Shown here piece by piece: positions 1 through 10,500 of a stretch of 64,000 bases of DNA. Within the stretch, counting starts at the first letter, position 1. The number at the start of each line of letters is the position of its first letter. This DNA is from an uncultured delta proteobacterium (GTDB lineage: Bacteria; Desulfobacterota; Binatia; UBA9968), in contig CAVUZH010000013.1 in the NCBI GenBank assembly GCA_963745835.1, positions 352,001 through 416,000 of the forward strand, written 5' to 3'. A program made the position numbers and the translations under genes. Below the pieces are notes generated by a model that made no database searches, had not been told where the DNA came from, and saw only the letters and a list, made by a program, of their open reading frames with translations.

Positions 1-157
1 GAAGTCTTTCCTGATCACGCATGTGTTCCGCCGTAAAAACAATCAGTGCCATATCAGCCTGCCTGATCTCTGCCTGGGCAAGAGCCGCGGCAAAAGCTTC
101 CTCGACGGCTTTCTCAGTGGAGGCTTCGGTGGACCGTCCTACTCCGGCGCGAATCAT
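1..157 (-). CDS. FIST N-terminal domain signal-transduction protein, 5' part (runs off the window start)
   Basis: Manual translation from ATG at 157: MIRAGVGRSTEASTEKAVEEAFAAALAQAEIRQADMALIVFTAEH..., resembling FIST N-termini (GVGxS...DxAxxFxT). Not in the ORF track. Confidence 0.6.
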   Translation of the reverse strand, partial: MIRAGVGRSTEASTEKAVEEAFAAALAQAEIRQADMALIVFTAEHMRDQERL

Positions 158-314
158 AATTGAGTATAGAGAGCTTGTGAAAGCAGGGTCAAGACAAGGA
201 CCATAGATTCTCCTGGCCTGCGGCTCCCTGGATGGCTCGGGAACGATTTGACCCCCTTGCTTGATTTCGCATAAGAATGAAATCAGTCATTTCAAATATA
301 AAAAGGATCTTCTC

Positions 315-1292
315 ATGCACATAATCGTAATCGGAGCTGGTCCCATCGGCGGAATTATCGGCGGCCGCTTAGCGCGCGCCGGCCATGACATCATGTTCGT
401 CGATGTTGATAAAGAACACGTCGAGGCCATTCGCGCCAATGGATTGCAGGTGGACGTGCCTGACGGCGCCTTCAACGTCAAAGTTAACATTGTTTTTCCG
501 CAAGAGATAAAGGGCAAGTTCGATATCGGCTTTATCGCCGTGCGTTCGAACTATACTCCTGATGCGCTTGCAACGGTCCTCCCTGCCCTTAACGATGATG
601 GGCTGCTGGTCTCGATGCAAAACGGCATCAATCCTCCCCTGCTCCAAGAAAAGGTCGGCGCCGACCGCACCGTGGGTATCGCCATCCGCATGGGTTGCCG
701 CAGGCTTGCTCCGGGTCATGTCCAAACTTCCACCCGCGGGCATCTGTATATCGGCCATTTGCACGGCAGGACCACGCCGCAGCTGAGTCGATTGCACAAG
801 CTGCTGGATTCAGTGATAGACACTGAGATTTCCGACAACATCCTCGGCGTGCTCTGGAGCAAGCTCACGTATACATGCCTTGGCTTCTTTGGGTCCCTTG
901 CCGATGTCGCGCTGGCGACCACTTGCGCCGGCGATGCTAACCGGCGGTTACTCGCCGATTTCTTAGCCGAAGTGGTCGCAGTAGGGACTGCCGCCGGGGC
1001 ACGCTTTATTCGGCTCGCAGAATACAACCCACCTGATCTTCACCCAAGTATTCCCATCGAAAGAAGGCTCGGTGTCATCAATGAAATGGCAAAGTCGTGG
1101 AAAGACGATGACCGCAAAGGGCCGCTGCGGCAGATTCAAAAAGGCGTCCCAACCGAAGTAGACTTCACATTGGGCTATGTGGTTCGCGAAGGCGAAAGGA
1201 TGAATCTCCATATCCCCTTATGCCGAAGAGTATTAACAATGATTCACGAGCTTGAATCGGGAGAAAGGCAACTTGGGATGGGAAATTATTAG
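315..1292 (+). CDS. Ketopantoate reductase (PanE/ApbA) family oxidoreductase
   Basis: Rossmann GAGPIGG motif, SMQNG, LWSKL and TEVDF motifs; start at ATG 315 after AAGGA. Confidence 0.85.
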   Translation: MHIIVIGAGPIGGIIGGRLARAGHDIMFVDVDKEHVEAIRANGLQVDVPDGAFNVKVNIVFPQEIKGKFDIGFIAVRSNYTPDALATVLPALNDDGLLVSMQNGINPPLLQEKVGADRTVGIAIRMGCRRLAPGHVQTSTRGHLYIGHLHGRTTPQLSRLHKLLDSVIDTEISDNILGVLWSKLTYTCLGFFGSLADVALATTCAGDANRRLLADFLAEVVAVGTAAGARFIRLAEYNPPDLHPSIPIERRLGVINEMAKSWKDDDRKGPLRQIQKGVPTEVDFTLGYVVREGERMNLHIPLCRRVLTMIHELESGERQLGMGNY

Positions 1293-1481
1293 AGCTTCAA
1301 GCAGGCCGGGAGTAGTTAGACCGTCCTCACTACGGGACAAGGTTTTAATAATAAGCAATACTCCCAAAAGTAACTATCAGCGATCATCAGTAGAGCGGCA
1401 TTCCCATTGCCCGGCGGGCGGCGCTGTGGCCATCCCGACCGCCGTGATCGCGAGAAGGCCGGTCTTAGCACACCAAACGAC

Positions 1482-1520
1482 AGTAACGGCGTTGACAGTG
1501 CGTCACCTTCGTTGACAGCG
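1482..1520. promoter_or_regulatory. Pair of imperfect palindromic sites (AAC-N3-GTTNAC-AGYG) upstream of the GAF sigma54 activator
   Basis: AGTAAC-GGC-GTTGAC-AGTG (1482-1500) and GTCACC-TTC-GTTGAC-AGCG (1502-1520); the same motif occurs twice at 25979-26021. Confidence 0.5.
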
Positions 1521-1548
1521 TTTTTGCTGATGTGTTACTCAGAATTAG

Positions 1549-3124
1549 ATGGACGAACCCGCCTCGCCCTCTTCCGAAACACGGGCGCCTCGCTTGAATC
1601 AGTTGCGGACGGTCCTCAACGCCTGCAAACGAATGACCTCCGTAGGGGATGTCATTTCTCTTTTGGAGCTGATCACCAATGAGGCCGCCGCGCTTCTTCA
1701 AGCCGACCGGGCAAGCATTTTCCTTCTCGATCGCGAGAAATGCGAGCTCTGGTCGGTCATCACCCATGAAAAAGAAAAAAGAATTCTGCTGTTCGATGCG
1801 CGGCTGGGGATCGCCGGCGCAGCGGCGATGACCGGCCAGACGATCAATGTCGCCGATGCTTACGAGCATCCGTTATTCTTCAAGGAAGTCGATCAAAAGA
1901 TCGGCTATCACACCAAGACACTGCTTGCCGTGCCGATCAGAAATTCCCTAGGTGAAATCATCGGTGTCGGCGAAGCCATCAACAAAAAGAGCGGCATGTT
2001 TACGAACGAGGATGCCGAGATCCTTCAGTCACTCGCCTCGCACATCTGCGATGCCATCGAGACTACACAGATCGATAGGGCAATACCGAATCCACAAGGC
2101 GCTGAGGCAGAGAAGGAAATCGGCGGGGAATTTTCGACCCGAAACATCATCGGCATGAGCCATCGCATTCAGTCGGTCGTGCGCCTCATCGATCAAATTC
2201 GCGACAGCTCGGTCGACGTGCTCATTCAGGGCGAGAGTGGAACCGGCAAAGAGTTGGTGGCCAAGGCCTTACACTACAACAGCCCGCGAGCAAAACATCC
2301 GTTTGTCGCTGTCAATTGTGCGGCTCTGCCTGAGAGCATCGTCGAAGCGGAATTGTTCGGCATCGAAAGGGGTGTTGCTACCGGCGTGGATCGACGCATG
2401 GGTAAATTTGAAGAGGCTCAAGGCGGCACATTATTCCTCGACGAAATCGGCGATCTCAGCCTGCCAGCGCAAGCCAAGATTCTGCGCGTCTTCCAGGAAC
2501 GTTCGGTGACCCGAGTTGGCGGGCGCACGACGCTGCCGCTGGATATGCGCATCATCGCCGCGACTAATAAAGACTTGGAAGCTGAAATCAAGGCCGGACA
2601 TTTTCGCGTCGATCTCTACTACCGCTTGAAAGTGATCCACATCGAAACCCCGGCTTTACGGGAAGTACCTGAAGACATTCAGCTTCTGGCAAACCATTTT
2701 CTAGCGAAGTACAGCAAATTGATGAAGACCGAGCCGAAGCAGTTTACTCCGGCGGCTTTGGAGTGTCTTACGAGCTATCAATGGCCGGGGAACGAGCGAG
2801 AGCTGGAAAACGAAATTAAACGCCTGGTCGCTTCGGTGCGAGGAAAAACTATTGCACGCGGAACATATCGATCCGTCGATTCGCAGTTCGGAAAAGACGC
2901 TTGCAAGCTCAACGATCCCAAGCGCATTGAAAACGCCGCAGACGGAAAACGCTCCCGAGACATCCAGGTCTCTTAAGTCGTTGCCCGACGCCGTCGAAGC
3001 GCTCGAGCGCCGCATGATCGCCGAAGCGCTGCGCGAATCGGGCGGCAACAAACAGAAAGCGGCCCAAGCCCTAGGCCTGAGCCGGCAAGGATTGATTAAG
3101 AAGTTGAAGAGGCTGGGGATGTAA
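1549..3124 (+). CDS. GAF-domain sigma54-dependent activator (GAF-AAA+-Fis HTH), frameshift near 2860
   Basis: GAF (ADRASIFLLD...NVADAYEHPLF), Walker A GESGTGKE, GVATGV variant of GAFTGA, LFLDEIGD, WPGNEREL; the HTH (ALRESGGNKQKAAQALGLSRQGLIKKLKRLG) continues in the 2852..3124 frame. Confidence 0.88.
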
Positions 3125-3886
3125 ACTCGCGAAAGGCTCTGTTTCGATTGTGGACCAAGTGATAGTGATGCACGATTCTGCTGATAACAAAGTTTCAGTC
3201 CGCCACTTATTCGCCTTTGGATTCTCTCCAGAGCTCAATTCCACCAGACGCCATCGGTACGCCTCAGAACATCGTGTAGAGAGCAACAGGTAGGACAAGA
3301 GCGCTACGCTCTTTAATTTCTCCTTTCCTATGTTTTTCATTCCACTCTGACTTCTTCTAAGGGCATCCGTCATGCCAAGAAGAAGGTTGTAAGCACTCGG
3401 ACCGAACCGGCAATCACGATCATCAAGAGCTGCGACAGCATGAGTTACGTCACAGATCGTCAAAGGTGGTAAAATGAATCGTGGACCATATCATTGGACG
3501 AGACATTGTGTCAGCTTCTTTGATGAAAAGCCTGGCTGTTGCGGCCTGATTTATGGGTTTGAAGGCAATTCTGAAAAACTCACTCTGACGGTTCGTCGCA
3601 CCGCAGTGGGAACAGACTCTTAAACCCAGACGCCGCAGCGTCGCAAAAGATCGAATCAGGCAAATTCACGGCCCCGAGATTGCGGGCAAATCATGACGGG
3701 GATCAATCCCCCGCAAGTTTGCATCGTATCCAATTGCATCAAGATGGACTTACGGTGGAAATGGAGGGGAGTAAGCGGCGGGGTGTAGTACCCGGCTATG
3801 CGGAAAGCAAGTTACAGCATTGTTTCATATTGATGCCGTGGGACGGAAAACGGCAGCATCCCCTGGATCGCTACCAGAGTAGTTTT

Positions 3887-4870
3887 TCAGCGTATTCCTC
3901 GATTTATTTTGTACAACCTATCGATGTAACCACTCTCGTCCAACTCGCGGATAAAGTAATTATCGATAAAGCTTGCCGGGTCAATGCCTTTTTGCGGTCC
4001 CAGGATCGTCTTAATCCCTTCAGATGAAGGGTATTGTTTTCGCGGCAAGATTCGCGCATCCGCCAGGTTCTTCCAAGTCGCCTCAAGTACTTCGCGATCA
4101 ATGTTTTTGCCAAAATATTTCACCAGGACTTTGACCGACGTTTCCTTGTCTGTGTAAATTCGGTGGACAGCTTCCACCTGCGACTTGACGTAGCGCCTGA
4201 CTATATCTGGACGCTCGCGGATATACTTCCTGGTCGTAGCGGCCCCGGTGTGTTGGTAAACAAGCCCTTGCTCCGCAAGATTGACCAGGCTCACCATGCC
4301 CTGTTTCTCCGCGATCACGTTGGCGGGAGGGTCTAACACTACACCTTGAATCTGGTTGGCCATTGCTGCTTCTATTCTTCGTGGCGCATCGCCCATCTGC
4401 ACGATCACTACGTCTTTCCCTGCTTTAAGGCCTATTCTTTCCAACGCCAATTGCGTGATAAAGTCACTTGCCGAACCGAACCGGCTTATCGCCACGATTT
4501 TCCGCTTGAGCTGCTCAGGGCTTTTGATTTCCGGTCGCACCATCAAGTAGTAATTGAGGGATGTCATGCCACCGGCAACATAGACGACATCGGAGCCTTT
4601 CAAGGCGCTGTTGACCACGGCTGGTCCCGCCACTTGGCTGATCGCGAAGTTGCCTGAAAGCAGGCCCATGACCGCAACGTTCCCATCCGCATTAACAAGC
4701 TCCACGTCGAGACCGTTTTTCTTGAAAATGCCAGCATCCTTGGCAACCCACGCCGGAAGCTGATTGCCAGCGATAGCGGAGTAGCCGACCTTGACCGTTT
4801 CAGCAAAAGCGAGTGCTGGCACGAATAAGATCAGCACTGAGAACAAAGAAGACTTTCCTAGTTTTTCCAT
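3887..4870 (-). CDS. NMT1/SsuA-like ABC-type periplasmic substrate-binding protein
   Basis: Signal peptide, WVAKDAGIFKKNGLDVELV and LKRKIVAISRFGSASD motifs; no permease adjacent. Confidence 0.85.
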   Translation of the reverse strand: MEKLGKSSLFSVLILFVPALAFAETVKVGYSAIAGNQLPAWVAKDAGIFKKNGLDVELVNADGNVAVMGLLSGNFAISQVAGPAVVNSALKGSDVVYVAGGMTSLNYYLMVRPEIKSPEQLKRKIVAISRFGSASDFITQLALERIGLKAGKDVVIVQMGDAPRRIEAAMANQIQGVVLDPPANVIAEKQGMVSLVNLAEQGLVYQHTGAATTRKYIRERPDIVRRYVKSQVEAVHRIYTDKETSVKVLVKYFGKNIDREVLEATWKNLADARILPRKQYPSSEGIKTILGPQKGIDPASFIDNYFIRELDESGYIDRLYKINRGIR

Positions 4871-5222
4871 TAGAGTCTCCCTTCTTTTCAATTTCTTTCG
4901 ACCCGATTCATAACTGTGCGCTGATCTTCGGCAGGACTGCGCTCTTTTGGAATTCAGAGTGACATTCTAAGCTACTGACAACCTCAGGCCCTACGGTCGC
5001 ACCAACATGAGCGCGATCGCTTTTCAAGGGCCGGCCACCCCAATCGCTCCCACTGGCGAATTGGACAGCCAGCTAGCCACCACCGCCCACGTCTAGGCAA
5101 TGCTCGTGAACAGTCTTTGATTAACGGTTCTCTGGAGAGTGCGACCAACGGCTAGCCGCTAGCTGAAGCGAAGCGACCCAAGAAACAAAACTCCCGCGGC
5201 CCATCGCGCACGCGCCGCAAAC

Positions 5223-5364
5223 CCATCCGCCACGGTGGAGGCCCTTAAGCGCCACGTGACCGAAGAAGCGCTACGCGCCTGCCACGGCAAGAAACAAAAA
5301 GCGGCCCAGAGTCTTAAGCCTGAGCCGTCAGAAGTTGATCAAGAAGTTAAAGAGGTTGGGAATT
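5223..5364 (+). pseudogene. Relic of the C-terminal Fis-HTH of a paralogous sigma54 activator
   Basis: Translates as PSATVEALKRHVTEEALRACHGKKQKAAQSL[+1]SLSRQKLIKKLKRLGI, colinear with the activator tail at 2981-3124; no upstream body. Confidence 0.75.
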
Positions 5365-5422
5365 GAGTGTCCCCCTCTTCTGTGTTCACTGTGCCGGTTC
5401 ACTAACAACAACACATAACCAA

Positions 5423-5716
5423 CTAATCGTTACGACGACGCTTGGTAGATGTAGTAGACTTTCGTTTTGAAGATGAACCGCTCGTCGCCTTGAATTTCCG
5501 AAGAACGTCTTTTTCAACCTGAACCGCGATCGCCGCAGTCACTGTATTTCGAACAGGTGCGATTTCGGACCCCTTAAAAATGACCTTGTTGATGGCCTTG
5601 CTCAGCGCATTGCGTAATTGCCTGCTTCTTTTCGGGTTTTTACTAGCAGCCCTGATAACTCTTCTTAACGCTGCACTGTCGTCGCGATCTGTAGTCGATT
5701 GAAGAGCCGTTCCCAT
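5423..5716 (-). CDS. Small, very basic hypothetical protein (97 aa)
   Basis: Strong RBS AAGGAGG 4 nt before ATG; same strand as, and last gene of, the NRPS run; rich in Lys, Arg and Ser. Confidence 0.6.
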   Translation of the reverse strand: MGTALQSTTDRDDSAALRRVIRAASKNPKRSRQLRNALSKAINKVIFKGSEIAPVRNTVTAAIAVQVEKDVLRKFKATSGSSSKRKSTTSTKRRRND

Positions 5717-5783
5717 ATTTCCTCCTTGCGTGCTAATACAATACTTATGTTTGACGTGAACCTAGGAAATTCTCGGAATTTAG

Positions 5784-7501
5784 TCAAGCCAATTGTGCAT
5801 GTGGGAGTTTCTGTTTACTGCCAACGCGTTTTTTAACTGCCTGTGTTGTTATAGTATCTTTTAACGACGGTCGGATTACCGTGTCAGTTGCCGCAGCCGT
5901 CTTCACAGTCATCGTTGTGTGGTCGTTAGCGTCTAGAAATCCAGATGGTAATTCCTTAATACGTGCCGCGAATGCTTTTTTCAGAGCGCGTACAATTGGA
6001 CGCCTTTGTAGCGAATCGACACTCTTGCCGCGCAGGAAATCATGTATTAATTTGTCTCTCGTGGATAGAGCCCGCTCTTCATACGCGAAGCTTGCTTTCC
6101 CAATCTTTTTCTTTTTTAATTGGACTTTCAGGATACCTTCCATAGACGTGGGCAGATATGGCAAAGCCATCGAATGCCCAATGCCAGGAAATTCGACGAG
6201 AGCGCGTTCGCCGGTTAGAGCTTCCTCGAAATAGTACTCTGCCTCACCTTCCTCAGTCACCGGATCAGCACCGCCCTTAAGTATTAGAGTTGGTTTACCA
6301 TGCTTGTAGGTGTTTGGATCCCAGGGTTTCGGTCTTTGTTCGTTTTGTGCCCCGACCAGGAAGGCGGCTGGAACCGTGCCTTTCACATGGCTCAGCCCGC
6401 GCACACCCGCAACACCGAAGAACCTGTCGTTCAGTCCATCGTAATAGGAAAAGATGTGATAAGCTCGGGCCGTATTTTGCGTGCTTTTGCCTCCCAGGAG
6501 TCGTTCACCATCCGCCAACTTACTTTTCACTACACCGTCTGTAAGGAGCTCCTCAACATCAACTCCTACTCTTCGCAGAATGGCTTTGGCAATAACAAGC
6601 CCACATTGGACCTGCGTGTCGTCAACTTTAGGCGTCTTGATGGGTCTCGCGTAAGGCACGTTTAGGGGAAGCCAACCGACGCTCTGCAAACGACGTACAG
6701 CGCCAAAAAAAGTTGGGCCACAATTCAAACCATCCTTCCGAAGCACTTGTTTCAACTTGTCGTAATTGTCACCTACCGACTGAACACTCCAATACTTGTC
6801 CTCCACTGCCTTCACAATTTTACGCACTTTCCCTAGTATATACTCCCTTGCATCACCCTTCACACGTTCGCGAACAGCTTGTCGATCGAAAAACTTAAAC
6901 TCCGGAAGTCTATATAGCTTTCGCAAAATGTCAAAAACCAACGCACCTTGAGTTTGTTCGTTGAGATTCGGTTCGCCTGTCGACGCGCGGAGAGCTCTCA
7001 TAGGCGCCATGGGAGCGGATAAAACAATTTTTCTCACATTGTCGGGGTACTGCCTCGCATAATCCTGAGCAACAACGCAGCCATAACTGTGTCCTATGAC
7101 TGCATCCCATCTTCTCAGGCCCAGATCCTGGCGGATCTTCTCCATGTCTTTAACTACGTACCGTGTTCGTAAGAATTGGTAGCGTCCACACCGTCAGGAA
7201 CTTGACTGAAGCCGGTACCGCGAAGGTGGAAATAGACGACCCTATAGCCAAACATGTCGACAAAATTTGTGGTGTCGGGTAGGATCATTTGGCCCGGACC
7301 TCCTGCGGCAAAGAGTATTGTCGGTTTCACTTTATTGTCGAATGTTTGGTCTTTGATAAAGTAATACAGCGAGAACTCCGGCGCCTTCTGCGAATATGGG
7401 TCCAAGTACTGTTGCACTAGGCGTTGTTCATAAAAACTACCATCGTCAAAGCGAAAGAGCATTCTGGCGGATCGTTCTTCAGCCGTCCAAATATTCGTCA
7501 T
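5784..7501 (-). CDS. Alpha/beta hydrolase, peptidase S33 (proline iminopeptidase/TAP-like), frameshift near 7160
   Basis: AGGPG oxyanion motif and HLRGTGFS in ORF 7154..7522; nucleophile GHSYG, acid GGADPVT and His GIGHS in ORF 5784..7145. Confidence 0.75.
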
Positions 7502-7564
7502 GGCTATTCTCCTTTTTTTCAACTATAGCGCGAGTATTACTGTACTGCCGATCTTGCAACCACC

Positions 7565-10500
7565 TCAAACATGCTTATTCGGTTTGAGAACAATGGAGGG
7601 AGCCAAGCTGCCGACCGCCACGGAAGACGAGATCGAAGATATTGAGATCATGACCTGCCTCAGACAGTCGACAACGTGAGCGGCTACTCCAAGATGAAAC
7701 ACATCGGTGCTATATGTTACGGATCCCGTCAAATTACTTGAGAACTCCTTGACCCGAAACGTGACATCGTACAGCGTAGGTGTGGATGCAACATGTTGTA
7801 TGGGCTCTTGCATACTCAGAGGCGCAATACTAATTGCATTCGGCGTGGGCGCTTGAGCCGTTGAACGCTCGTACATCACGATCACACGCGGGCGCCAGTT
7901 CCGGTCGGATACTATTTCTGCAGGCAATGTGCGAGCCAAAACCTCGAATGGGACGGCTTGATTGTGTTGCGCCGCAAGTATCGTCTCTCGAACTCGCTTA
8001 ATCGCTTCGTCAATAGACAGATCTCGCCGGATTCGCGTTCTCAAGAGCACTGTGTTGGCAAAGTTCCCGATTGTTGCGTGGCAGCTTAAAAAGCGCCGAT
8101 TTGAAACAATCGTGGCAACGCGTATGTCTTCCTTACCTGTAAGATAATGAATTAGAATCTTAAGAGCTGCAATGAACAGGATGAAAACCGTGCAGTTTTG
8201 ATTGTTAGCTCTTGATTTAAATAGTTCGAAGCGCCTCCCGTTCAGCTCGAACTGTTGCTGCGAATTGTAAACTTTACGATGAGTTATCCTTTTATGCCGT
8301 CCGGACGGGATTGCGCTCGGATGAGGATTGGCAAGTTGTTCTCTCCAGTATGAGAGTTGGTTGTCGAGCAATCCACTATTCAATATGTCTCTCTCCCAAA
8401 CGGCATAGTCTCCGTATTGTAAACTTGGATTCGAAAGAGGCGATGGCCGACCGACGATGAAGGCTTCATATAAGACAGTTAACTCCTGCCTGAATAACTG
8501 CATAGACCAAGCATCGCTGATGATGTGATGCACAGTGACAACCAGCAAACTCGCTGGAACACTCAGCCGAAGGAGGCATGTTCGTAGCAACGGACCAGTC
8601 GCGAGATCAAACGGACGCTCTCTCTCCTCTAGAATCAACTTCGCGGCACGTTGTGATAAGCTTTTTTTTGAGCTTTGGTGCAAATCGATATGGGCACAAT
8701 GAAAGTCGGTTTCATCCTTGATGATCTGAACAGGGCGCCCATCAACAACAGCAAAAACCGTTCGCAGTGCCTCATGACGCACAACGATTTCCTTCAGAGC
8801 TTTTTCGAGCATCTCAGAGTCGACTGCGCCGCTCAGGTGGTAAACGTATGGCATGTTGAACAAATCCGTGCCCGGAAACATTTGATCGATCTGCCAAATG
8901 AATTCCTGGTTAACTGATACGGGTGCAGGACCGCTACGCGGCGCTCGCACAATGGGCGGCAATTCGGGGACCCCGGTTTCGTTCAGCAGCATTTCAATCT
9001 TTCTGCTCAGTTCTGCAACTGTCGGCGAATCGAATAGCGCGCTGAATGGGACCTCTCGGTCAAAACATTCTTTCAATTTGGAAATGATCTGGATGGACAG
9101 CAGAGAGTGCCCCCCCAGATCAAAGAAGTTGTCGTGAATTCCAACACCTTCGTGCTGCAGCACGTCGCGCCAGATTTGCAGCATACACTGTTCTATTTCA
9201 TTTCTCGGCTCCACATCGGCATGGATCGGTTTAGGCACTTCGATGTTTGATAGGCGCAACGCGTTGCGGTCAACCTTGCCATTAAACGTAAATGGCATAT
9301 TAACGACAGGAACAAATTCCGATGGAATCATGTAAGTTGGGAGCTTTTTCTGAAGAAGGTTTCGCAATTCGGTTCCTGATGGCGCATCCGCTTCCGCCGT
9401 GTAGTAGGCAACTAACACGCCATCACAGTTTACCGTCGACCGCTGTTGAAGAATAACGGCGCACTCTTTGATACCCGGATTGGCGCTGAGGACCGCTTCA
9501 ATTTCGCCGAGCTCAAGGCGGTACCCGCGAACCTTCACCTGGTGGTCGATTCTGCCGAGGAACTCGATCTCACCGGTGCGCGTGTAACGGGCTCGGTCTC
9601 CTGTACGATACAGGCGCGCTTTTGGGCCGTCGACGAAAGATTCTTTAGGAAAATGCTCGGTTGTTAGTTCCGTTTTATTCCAGTAGCCGAGGGCGACACC
9701 AGCGCCTCCGATGTAAAGCTCGCCCGGAACTCCCACGGGTACGAGTTGCAAGAAATCGTCCAAGATATAAATCTGAGTGTTGGCGATAGGTCGGCCGATC
9801 GTAGTGGGACCGTCGGGAGTTCGGAGTGTAAACGTCGAGTACGTGGTTGTCTCAGATGGGCCGTACAGATCGTAAACCTTATTCACGGTTCCTAATTCAT
9901 GAATTCGCTTCACCAGTTCACGATGAAGCGGCTCGCCTGCCAGGTTGACGGTTCTGACGGAGCGCGGCAACGCGGCGACGGATAACAGCGCGGTCATCGC
10001 CGACGGGACGGTGTTAACCAACGTAATGCCGCTCGTATTTGCCAGATCTACGAGGCGCAGGATGTTGTCGATCAACACGATCTTCCCGCCCCAGCAGAGC
10101 GGCACGAACATTTCAAAGACAGAGAGGTCAAAGCAAATCGACGTCGAAGCCAAGACCCCTTCCAGGTCCTCATTGCCATAGACTGTTCTACCCCAGTATA
10201 GGAGATTCACCGTGTTTCTATGCTCGATGTTCACGCCTTTCGGCCGTCCCGTCGAGCCGGACGTGTAGATGACATAGGCCAAACTTCCTGAGCTGGCGTG
10301 AGGATGCGGGTTCGCCGGGCTCTCAAGCTCAATTACTGGCCAATCACGATCAATCCACACGTACTGAAGCTGATCGGTGAGCGCTGACAGCTGGCCGCCC
10401 TCAAAATATTTCTGCTGCGTTACGATCACGCTCGCCTGCGCATCCTCTAACATGAACCTCAACCGCTCTTTGGGATAGGTAGGATCCAGCGGAACGTAGG

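Noticed and set aside
3071-3463. 130-aa minus-strand ORF after the activator
   Set aside because: No recognisable motif, weak start, overlaps the activator end; may be a remnant but cannot be supported.
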